A stretch of 64,000 nucleotides of DNA, from the NCBI GenBank assembly GCA_017395105.1, contig JAFPWD010000001.1, positions 1,344 through 65,343 of the forward strand, in the 5' to 3' direction. Source of the DNA: Clostridia bacterium (GTDB lineage Bacteria > Bacillota > Clostridia > Christensenellales > CAG-138). Each line of letters starts with the position of its first letter. Position 1 is the stretch's first letter. This document shows, in pieces, positions 39,092 to 47,104 of the stretch. The position numbers were made by a program, and so were the translations under genes. A model generated the notes under the pieces. It worked only from the letters and a program-made list of their open reading frames with translations, was not told the DNA's origin and ran no database searches.

Positions 39092-39981
39092 GCGAAAGAC
39101 TTAGAAGAAGTATGCTTTTCGTTCCGGGCAACAACCCGGGCATGATCCGTGACGCGCATATCTACGGCTCGGATTCCATTATGTTTGATTTAGAGGACAG
39201 CGTTGCCATAACCGAAAAGGATACGGCTCGCTTTCTTGTTTATAAGGCACTCACAACGCTCAACTACGGCAAAAAGGAGCTGGTAGTTCGCATAAACGAT
39301 CTTTCCAGCGGCATCGGCATCATGGACCTTGAGGCGATCGTTCGCGCTCGTCCGGACGTTATCCGCCTTCCCAAGACCGAGACCGCGCAGGACGTTATCG
39401 ACTGCGAAAGGGAGATCGAGCGCATCGAGCGCGAAGCGGGCATCCCCGTCGGCTCCACAGGCATGATGGCGGCTATCGAGAGCGCTATCGGCGTTTTGAA
39501 CGCAAAGGAGATCGCCTTCTCCTCCAAGCGCCTCATCGGTATCGCGCTGGGCGCGGAGGACTATGTTACCGACCTCAAGACCACCCGCTCCCCCGAGGGC
39601 GTTGAGCTTATGTTCGCGCGCGGCATGATTGTGAATGCCGCGAAGGCCGCAGGCATCATGGCTCTTGATACCGTTTATTCGGACGTTAATAACGAAGAGG
39701 GTTTCCTTGCCGAAGCAACGCTTATCCGCAAGATGGGCTTCGACGGCAAGTCCATCATCAACCCCCGTCAGGTCGCTCCGCTCCATGCGGTGTTCACCCC
39801 CAGCGAGCGCGATCTCAAGAAGGCCATGGCCATCATGGATGCGATCGCCGAGGCGAACGCAAGGGGCTCCGGCGTTGCGAGCCTGAACGGCAAGATGATC
39901 GACAAGCCCGTTGTGGCAAGGGCGCAGTATCTGCTTGAGCTCTACGAGAGAAGCAAGGCCATGCCCGTTGAGGAGGTATAA
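39088..39981 (+). CDS. citE: Citrate lyase beta subunit
   Basis: RRSMLFVPGNNP, FDLEDSV, GFDGKSIINPRQ. Confidence 0.95.
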   Translation: MSERLRRSMLFVPGNNPGMIRDAHIYGSDSIMFDLEDSVAITEKDTARFLVYKALTTLNYGKKELVVRINDLSSGIGIMDLEAIVRARPDVIRLPKTETAQDVIDCEREIERIEREAGIPVGSTGMMAAIESAIGVLNAKEIAFSSKRLIGIALGAEDYVTDLKTTRSPEGVELMFARGMIVNAAKAAGIMALDTVYSDVNNEEGFLAEATLIRKMGFDGKSIINPRQVAPLHAVFTPSERDLKKAMAIMDAIAEANARGSGVASLNGKMIDKPVVARAQYLLELYERSKAMPVEEV

Positions 39982-39985
39982 TAAA

Positions 39986-41521
39986 ATGGACGTTAAGAAA
40001 ATACCGCATATAAACGAAGTTTCCGCATTCCACGGCGAGTACGATCCCAAGGATTGCGAGCCAAAGAGCACCGTTCGCTTCGATGAGAGGCAGAAGAACA
40101 GCAGGAAGGTGCTTCCCTCCATCGAGGAAGCCATCAAGCGTTCCGGTCTCAAGGACGGCATGACGATCTCCTTCCACCATCATTTCAGAAACGGCGATTA
40201 CGTTGTGAATATGGTCATCGACGAGATCGCCAAGATGGGCATCAAGAACCTGACACTTGCCGCTTCGAGCCTCACCGACTGCCATTGGCCGCTCATCGAG
40301 CACATCAAGAACGGCGTTATCACCCATATCGAAACCAGCGGTCTGCGCGGCAAGCTCGCCGAGGAGATCTCCAGGGGTCTTATGGACTTCCCGATCATCT
40401 TCCGCTCCCACGGCGGCAGGGCGGCTGCTATCGAAACGGGCGAGCTGCATATCGACGTTGCGTTCCTCGGCGCACCCTCCTGCGACCCCTACGGCAACGC
40501 GAACGGCTACAACCGCGATGATGAAAACTCCTCCTGCTGCGGCTCGCTCGGCTACGCAAAGCTCGATGCGCAGCACGCGGATAAGTGCATCATCATCACC
40601 GACCATCTTGTGAACTTCCCCAACGCGCCCTTCGGCATCGCCGAATCCCGCGTTGACTGGGTTGTGGTTGTGGATAATATCGGCGATCCCAAGGGTATAA
40701 TGAGCGGCGCAACCCGCTACACCAAGAACCCCAAGGAGCTGCTTATCGCAAAGACCGCGGCTGAGGTTATCGAAGCCAGCGGCTATTTCGAGGATAACTT
40801 CTCCATGCAGATGGGTTCCGGCGGCGCGAGCCTTGCCACCGCAAGATTCCTTCGCGACAAGATGATCGCAAAGGACATCAAGTGCCGTTTCGCACTCGGC
40901 GGCATCACCGGCCAGATCGTTCAGATGCACGAAGAGGGCCTCGTTAAGAAGATTCTGGACGTTCAGTCCTTCGACCTTATCGCGGCGAACTCCCTCAAGA
41001 ACAACCGCTTCCATCAGCAGATCGACGCTTCCTACTACGCAAGCTACGTAAACAAGGGCGCGGCGGTCAATCAGCTCGATTTCGTTATCCTCTCCGCTCT
41101 TGAGATCGACGTTGACTTCAATGTAAATGTCATGACCGGTTCGGACGGCGTTATCAGGGGTGCGGTCGGCGGTCATCCCGACACCGCTGCGGGCGCGAGC
41201 CTGACGGTTGTTACAGCTCCCTTGCTTCGCGGCAGGATCCCCACCGTCTGCGAGAGGGTAAACACCATCTGCACCCCCGGCAGCACCATCGACGTGCTCG
41301 TTACCGATCAGGGCGTTGCGGTCAACCCGAACCGCCCCGAGCTCAAGGAAAAGCTGATCGCGGCGGGTCTGCCCGTTACCACTATCGAGAAGCTCAAGGA
41401 GCGCGCGGAGAAGGTCGTCGGCAAGCCCGAGCCCATTCAGTACACCGACCGCATCGTTGGCGTTCTGATGTATCGCAACAACACCGTTATCGACGTTATC
41501 CGCCAGATCAAAGAGGACTGA
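39986..41521 (+). CDS. citF: Citrate lyase alpha subunit
   Basis: GMTISFHHHFRNGD, RSHGGR, CGSLGYA, GGHPDTA. Confidence 0.96.
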   Translation: MDVKKIPHINEVSAFHGEYDPKDCEPKSTVRFDERQKNSRKVLPSIEEAIKRSGLKDGMTISFHHHFRNGDYVVNMVIDEIAKMGIKNLTLAASSLTDCHWPLIEHIKNGVITHIETSGLRGKLAEEISRGLMDFPIIFRSHGGRAAAIETGELHIDVAFLGAPSCDPYGNANGYNRDDENSSCCGSLGYAKLDAQHADKCIIITDHLVNFPNAPFGIAESRVDWVVVVDNIGDPKGIMSGATRYTKNPKELLIAKTAAEVIEASGYFEDNFSMQMGSGGASLATARFLRDKMIAKDIKCRFALGGITGQIVQMHEEGLVKKILDVQSFDLIAANSLKNNRFHQQIDASYYASYVNKGAAVNQLDFVILSALEIDVDFNVNVMTGSDGVIRGAVGGHPDTAAGASLTVVTAPLLRGRIPTVCERVNTICTPGSTIDVLVTDQGVAVNPNRPELKEKLIAAGLPVTTIEKLKERAEKVVGKPEPIQYTDRIVGVLMYRNNTVIDVIRQIKED

Positions 41522-41547
41522 CGGTAAAATTGAAAGGATAATCTCGT

Positions 41548-42585
41548 TTGAGTTTTATTATTTCGGAAGCTGCGGGTCTATACGGCCCGCAGCTTGAAAA
41601 ATTGAATAGGTTCCTTGAAAAGATGGGGCTTAGATACGAAGGCGGCGCGGAATACACCGTTTTTTTGACCGATGAGGACGGCGAGGTGCTCGGCACGGGC
41701 TCTCTCTGCGGAAGCGTTCTCAAGTATATTGCGGTGGACGACAGCCTTCAGGGTGAGGGCGGCGCGGCGGCGATAGTTTCGCGCCTTGTTTCACGCGCCT
41801 ATATGATGGGAAGAAAGAAGCTCTTTCTTTTCACCAAGCCGCAGAACGAATACATGTTCCGAAGCCTCGGCTTCTTCCCGCTCGCCGAGGTAAACGGCGC
41901 GGTCTATATGGAAAACAGCCGCCGAGGGCTTTCTGATTATCTCGATTCGCTCGAAAAGGGCGAGGGCATGCAGGGTGCGATCGTTGCAAACTGCAACCCG
42001 TTTACGAACGGGCATAAATACTTGATGGAAACGGCGGCGGCGCTTGTGGACACGCTGCACGTTTTCGTGGTCAGCGAGGATGCATCCGACTTTCCGTTCA
42101 GCCTGCGCTATGAGATGGTAAAAAGAGGCACGGCGCATATAAAAAATCTTATTTTGCACCAAAGCGGGGACTACATGATCTCGCATTCCACGTTCCCTAC
42201 CTATTTTATAAAGGATATGGCGAAGGCGAAGGATGTGAACGTTGAACTTGATCTTACGTTATTTGGGAAAAGAATCGCCCCTGCGCTTGATATAAAAAAA
42301 CGATTCGTCGGCACCGAGCCCTATTGCGAGGTAACGGGCGCATACAACGAGGCAATGAAGCGGATACTGCCGAGATTCGGCATAGAGGTCATAGAAATAG
42401 AGCGCAAGGGCGGCATAAGCGCGAGCAAGGTGCGCGAAGCGATGAAAAACGGCGATATAAATTTGATAAAAAGGCTTGTTCCCGGCTCAACTTATGATAT
42501 AATAAAGGATATGGTCGTGCCGAGCAAAGGAGCGCGCGAATACGGGAGCACCGATCGCGGCGCTGATGCGGACGAAACCGTTTAA
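41548..42585 (+). CDS. citC: Citrate lyase ligase
   Basis: GNAT-like N-terminus, IVANCNPFTNGH, TFPTYF, RFVGTEP, ISASKVR. Confidence 0.95.
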   Translation: MSFIISEAAGLYGPQLEKLNRFLEKMGLRYEGGAEYTVFLTDEDGEVLGTGSLCGSVLKYIAVDDSLQGEGGAAAIVSRLVSRAYMMGRKKLFLFTKPQNEYMFRSLGFFPLAEVNGAVYMENSRRGLSDYLDSLEKGEGMQGAIVANCNPFTNGHKYLMETAAALVDTLHVFVVSEDASDFPFSLRYEMVKRGTAHIKNLILHQSGDYMISHSTFPTYFIKDMAKAKDVNVELDLTLFGKRIAPALDIKKRFVGTEPYCEVTGAYNEAMKRILPRFGIEVIEIERKGGISASKVREAMKNGDINLIKRLVPGSTYDIIKDMVVPSKGAREYGSTDRGADADETV

Positions 42586-42601
42586 TAAAGGAGCAGCGAA
42601 T

Positions 42602-44287
42602 ATGTTAAGAAAAAAGAGCATAATAATCGCAATAGTGCTTGCCGTGCTTGCGGTCGGAGCAGCTTATGCATACGTTGAATACGTTTACCCCAGGGTGGTG
42701 GAGCCCGCGGAAACCTATGCGCAGGCAAGAAACCTGTATAACAGCGGAAACTACGTTCAGGCCGCGCTGAAGCTTGAATCCATACCGAAGTATTCCGACT
42801 CCGTTAGAGTCTCAAAGCAGGCATGGAAGCTTGCGGGCGATAATGCCTATAATGAGGGTAATTTCGATCTTGCTTCGGCCTGCTATATGAAGGCGGGCTC
42901 AAACGCGGAGGACATTGCAAGGATGGATGACTGCTATCTCCGCCTTGCGGAAAATGCGTTTGAAAACGATATGATCTCCCGCGGTGAGGCGTATCTGGAG
43001 TGCGTTTCGGATGCGGACGGAAACTCGGATAGGATAGACAATATCAGAATTAACGCGGCAAGCGCGGCGCTCGCTGCGGGAGTGAACGCATCGAGTATAT
43101 CGCGAGCGGTGGAGAGGCTCGGCTTATGCAGCGAAAAGGCGATGCCGAGGGCTATCGAGCTTCTTATGAACAAGGGCAAGGCTGTGCTTGCGGTATTCGA
43201 TCTTGACTCTGCAAACTCGCTCTTCAATGCGGCAAGGCGATTTACCGCAGAGGATAAGCTGGCGGCGTTGGATGAAAGCATCGCTTCGGAATGGACGCAG
43301 ACCGGCATTGCCGCGCTGGAAAGAGGAATGACCTCGGTTGCCGAAAAATGCTTCAATATGAGCGGATACGTGCCCGAGCTGCAGAATGCCGAAGCGCAGT
43401 ACGCGAGGGCGGAGCAGCTCTATGCAAACGGCGAGGTCTTCGCTGCCTACAGTATTTTCAGAAAGCTCGGAGATTATAAAAACAGCAGGGATATGACGGC
43501 TGCTATAGTTGAGCTGATCAGCAGGATGCCGAATGCCGGCTCCGAAAACGCTTATGCGATGCTCGATCTGGACGGCACGGTCAAGCTTTATGGCGATGCA
43601 TGGGTGACGGGTGAACCGAATTGGACGGATATTAAGCAGATCTCCGTTGGCAAAACCCCGTTTATTCTTGCCGTGGGCAAAGACGGCAGAGTGCACAGCG
43701 CAGGCAGAAATACCGATGACTGCACGAACGTATCCTCCTGGGATCAGATAGTAATGGTTTCATGCGGCGCTGCCCATTCAATGGGTCTGAGAGCCGACGG
43801 CACCGTGGTGCTCACGGGCTCGATCGCCGATGGCGCAAACAATACGGCATCCTGGCGTGAGATCGTTTATATCGCATCAGGCATGGATTCCTGCTATGGC
43901 GTTATGCAAAACGGCAGAGCGGTCGCCTCGGGAGCGAACGGCTCCGGCCAATGCGACGTATCCTCCTGGGAAAACATTAAGCAGATCTCCGCAGGCAACA
44001 GGCATGCGGTCGGCCTCAGGGAGGATGGAACGGTCGCAGCCTGCGGCGACAATACCTATGGCCAGTGCGAAGTTTCCTCCTGGACCGACGTGGTCTTTGT
44101 TTCGGCGGGCGCTTACCACACCGTTGCCCTCAAGGCGGACGGAACGCTGCTCGCTTGCGGAAAGAACGACGACGGCGAATGCGGCGTAAGCAGGTTCAGC
44201 GGCGCGGCGGCGGTCTCCGCAGGAACGGGTTATACCATCATCGTTTTTGAGGACGGCACAAACAGGCTCATCGGCAGAACGAACTGA
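42602..44287 (+). CDS. Membrane-anchored TPR-like plus RCC1-repeat protein
   Basis: N-terminal TM; helical repeats with LGDYKNS; repeats SAG..H.VGLR.DGTV.A.G.N..GQC.VSSW. Confidence 0.85.
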   Translation: MLRKKSIIIAIVLAVLAVGAAYAYVEYVYPRVVEPAETYAQARNLYNSGNYVQAALKLESIPKYSDSVRVSKQAWKLAGDNAYNEGNFDLASACYMKAGSNAEDIARMDDCYLRLAENAFENDMISRGEAYLECVSDADGNSDRIDNIRINAASAALAAGVNASSISRAVERLGLCSEKAMPRAIELLMNKGKAVLAVFDLDSANSLFNAARRFTAEDKLAALDESIASEWTQTGIAALERGMTSVAEKCFNMSGYVPELQNAEAQYARAEQLYANGEVFAAYSIFRKLGDYKNSRDMTAAIVELISRMPNAGSENAYAMLDLDGTVKLYGDAWVTGEPNWTDIKQISVGKTPFILAVGKDGRVHSAGRNTDDCTNVSSWDQIVMVSCGAAHSMGLRADGTVVLTGSIADGANNTASWREIVYIASGMDSCYGVMQNGRAVASGANGSGQCDVSSWENIKQISAGNRHAVGLREDGTVAACGDNTYGQCEVSSWTDVVFVSAGAYHTVALKADGTLLACGKNDDGECGVSRFSGAAAVSAGTGYTIIVFEDGTNRLIGRTN

Positions 44288-44388
44288 GCGAAGCTTCCCG
44301 AATAAAAAACGGCGGCGCTCCTTTTCTTCAAGGAGAGCCGCCTTCTTTAAACGGTGCTCGGAAGAAGGGACACGGATTACTATTTGTA

Positions 44389-45882
44389 ATGAAAAAAGAC
44401 AGCGAAAAAAAGGAATATCTCTTCGCTCCCGCAAGCGTGGAGCAGATGGCAGCAAGGCGCGAAAGGCGCGTTTGGGAGCAGCGAGAAATGCTCGAGCGCG
44501 GCGGGGAAAACCGCTGCGTGGTGTGCATCGGCATGAATATTGCAGGGCCGAACAAGCGCAGCGGGCTTATCGATGCGGCGTTTTTGGATGCGGTGCTCCA
44601 TCTGATGATGAGCGCGGGAATCGGCAAGATGCTCGAAGCGAGGGATGGGAGCGGCGCGGAGCTGCGCTTTATAAATGAAAACACGGGCATAGAGGCGCTT
44701 ATCGCGCTCGATATGAGCCCCGAAAAACTCAAGCGAATATGCGTGGAGATAGAGGAGCAGCATCCCGCGGGCAGGCTCTTTGATATGGACGTTATCGCGA
44801 AAAACGGCGAAAAGCTCGGAAGGAGCGAGCCGCGAAAATGCTTTATATGCGCGAAAAACGCATCGGTCTGCGCCCGAAGCCGCGCTCACACGGTGGAGGA
44901 GCTGCAAAAGGCCGTGCAGAGGATGCTTTCATATTGGCTTGCACGGAAAATTGGGCTGCTTGCGAAAAATGCGCTTTATTCGGAGGTGCATATAACGCCC
45001 AAGCCCGGGCTTGTGGATGAAAACAACAGCGGCGCCAACACGGACATGGACGCTGAGCTTTTTGAACGCAGCGCTGAAAGTTTGCAAATGTATTATGAGC
45101 GCATTGCGGCAAGCACGATACAATACTGCTGCGGTGAAAAAAACGATGCTTCGGCAAAGGAATTCTTCAGCAGCCTGAGAAGCCTCGGCATCGATGCCGA
45201 AAAGGCCATGCTCGATGCTACGGGCGGAGTGAACACTCATCGCGGCGCGATCTATTCGCTTGGGCTGCTCGCAAGCGCGGCGGCGCATGATATCGCAAGC
45301 GGCATATTTGCGGCGGATGAATGCGGGCTTCGCGGCAAGCTCCCGAATGGATACGATCTTGCCGACAGCCTCGTGCGCACGGCGGCGGAGCTTGCCCGCT
45401 CGCTCGGCGACAACAGCACAGCCACCTCCAACGGCGCGAAAATGCGCGAAAAATACGGCGTGGAAGGCCCTGTTCAGCAGGCTCAGCAGGGTTTTCCGCT
45501 CGCAATGCTTGCAAAAGCCGCCAAAGGGGAGTATTATAATAGACACGGTCGGGGCGGCTCGGAGCTCGCGTGGGCGTATGCGCTTATCCGCGTTATGGCG
45601 GTGATGGACGACAACAACGCCCTGAAGCGCGGGGGAGAAGAGGGCGCGGCATTCGTGAAAAATCGCGCTTCGGAGCTGGCTTCGCTTGCCATGCGCCTCG
45701 ATCCCGCCGAATTCAGCGCGGCGCTTCTTGAGTTCGATGCCGAGCTGATAGAAAGAAACATTAGCTGCGGCGGCGCGGCTGATATGCTCGCCCTGGCGCT
45801 GTTTCTCGAAGAGATCGAAAAGCATTATGCGCGGGCTTTGGCGCTGCTCGCTTCCTCGGAAAGCAAAGATCGATCAATGTGA
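44389..45882 (+). CDS. citXG: Fused CitX-CitG (holo-ACP synthase / triphosphoribosyl-dephospho-CoA synthase)
   Basis: N-half GRLFDMDV and RKCFIC..A.VCARSRAH; C-half TPKPGLVD, GVNTHRG, SCGGAADML. Confidence 0.9.
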   Translation: MKKDSEKKEYLFAPASVEQMAARRERRVWEQREMLERGGENRCVVCIGMNIAGPNKRSGLIDAAFLDAVLHLMMSAGIGKMLEARDGSGAELRFINENTGIEALIALDMSPEKLKRICVEIEEQHPAGRLFDMDVIAKNGEKLGRSEPRKCFICAKNASVCARSRAHTVEELQKAVQRMLSYWLARKIGLLAKNALYSEVHITPKPGLVDENNSGANTDMDAELFERSAESLQMYYERIAASTIQYCCGEKNDASAKEFFSSLRSLGIDAEKAMLDATGGVNTHRGAIYSLGLLASAAAHDIASGIFAADECGLRGKLPNGYDLADSLVRTAAELARSLGDNSTATSNGAKMREKYGVEGPVQQAQQGFPLAMLAKAAKGEYYNRHGRGGSELAWAYALIRVMAVMDDNNALKRGGEEGAAFVKNRASELASLAMRLDPAEFSAALLEFDAELIERNISCGGAADMLALALFLEEIEKHYARALALLASSESKDRSM

Positions 45883-45907
45883 ATGCCGAATGAATATGAA
45901 TAACGAA

Positions 45908-45956
45908 GAGCTGCCTGCGTGAGCTCGACCTCAACTATTCACTATTCATTCTTCAC
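45908..45956 (-). repeat. Family H repeat (degenerate)
   Basis: GAGCT...AGCTC hairpin then GACCTCAACT-ATTCACT-ATTCATT-CTTCACC. Confidence 0.55.
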
Positions 45957-46001
45957 CATTAATTATTAAAAAGGGAATCCCTCACCGCAACGGAGCAAAA
46001 G

Positions 46002-46784
46002 ATGGATAACAGACCTATCGGGATCTTCGATTCGGGCATGGGCGGAGTGAGCCTCCTTCGGGATGCGCACCTGCTTCTGCCGAAGGAAAACTTCATATTT
46101 TATGGCGACAATAAAAACGCCCCCTACGGCGACAGAACCGAGGAGGAGATCCTTTCGCTCACCTCGGCAGCGGCGGATTATCTGGTTGAGCACGGCGTAA
46201 AGGCGCTGGTGCTCGCCTGCAATACAGCAACGAGCGCATCCATAAACATATTAAGAAGAAAGCTCGCCGTGCCGGTGGTCAGCATCGAGCCCGCGATCAA
46301 GCCCGCCTGCGAAAGAGCGGGGGAGGGCAAGGTGTTTATGCTCGCAACGGCGGCGACCACGCGGCTTGCCCGCTACCGCGCACTTTTGGAGCGCATGCCC
46401 GATCCTTCCCGCGTTATCAATATCGGACTCAGCGGCATGGTTGCAAGGGTGGAGCGCGGCGAAACCGAGATTGGCGCGTATGACGACATCCTCAACGAGT
46501 ACCTTGAGCCCTATTTCGGCGAAACGGCGGATGCGATCGTGCTCGGCTGCACTCATTACGTTTTCGCGGGCGAAGCGATCCGCGAGTATTTCCTGCGCCA
46601 TTTCAAGGGCGAGTGCAGGCTGTTTGACGGCAACCGCGCCACGGCGTGCCAGCTTGGAAGGGTGCTCGAGCGAAACGGGCTTTTGAATCCCGGAGGCTGC
46701 GGAAAAGTCGTATTCACGACCAGCGGAGAGCCGGAAAAGCTCGCGCCCATATTCGATAGGTTTTTAAACACCCCTTTGGATTGA
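46002..46784 (+). CDS. murI: Glutamate racemase
   Basis: IFDSGMGG, APYG, LACNTA, VLGCTHY. Confidence 0.96.
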   Translation: MDNRPIGIFDSGMGGVSLLRDAHLLLPKENFIFYGDNKNAPYGDRTEEEILSLTSAAADYLVEHGVKALVLACNTATSASINILRRKLAVPVVSIEPAIKPACERAGEGKVFMLATAATTRLARYRALLERMPDPSRVINIGLSGMVARVERGETEIGAYDDILNEYLEPYFGETADAIVLGCTHYVFAGEAIREYFLRHFKGECRLFDGNRATACQLGRVLERNGLLNPGGCGKVVFTTSGEPEKLAPIFDRFLNTPLD

Positions 46785-46936
46785 GGGGCAATTCGGCGCA
46801 ATAAGCGGGCAAAAAAGGCGCCGGAATAAATAATATATAACGAATAGGCAATACATAGTTTAAAAAACACTTTAAATCAAAGCAAATTAGACGAGCGACT
46901 AACGGCCCTTGGGTTTCAAAAATTGCATAAACCCCC

Positions 46937-47099
46937 TTACATTTTCGGCAACATTCTGATATAATAGTGATACGCATTATGGAATGGCTTTTCCCGTGCG
47001 CAGAATTCATCGAAGCTATAACTGCGGCCCACGGTTCCGGGCTTCCGGGCTTAGAGCCGGACGCGGTTTTAGACTTAAAAAAATCTTTGGAAGGAGATT
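46937..47099 (+). promoter_or_regulatory. sigmaA promoter and structured leader shared with the scaffoldin gene
   Basis: TTACAT-17-TATAAT (TG extended); CGAAGCTA, hairpin, TTAGACTT(A7)TCTTTGGAAGGAGATT. Confidence 0.7.
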
Positions 47100-47104
47100 C
47101 ACAC

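Noticed and set aside
39190-41176. Long minus-strand ORFs over citE and citF
   Set aside because: Shadow frames of conserved enzymes; the same applies to those over lysS, oadA and the MBL gene.
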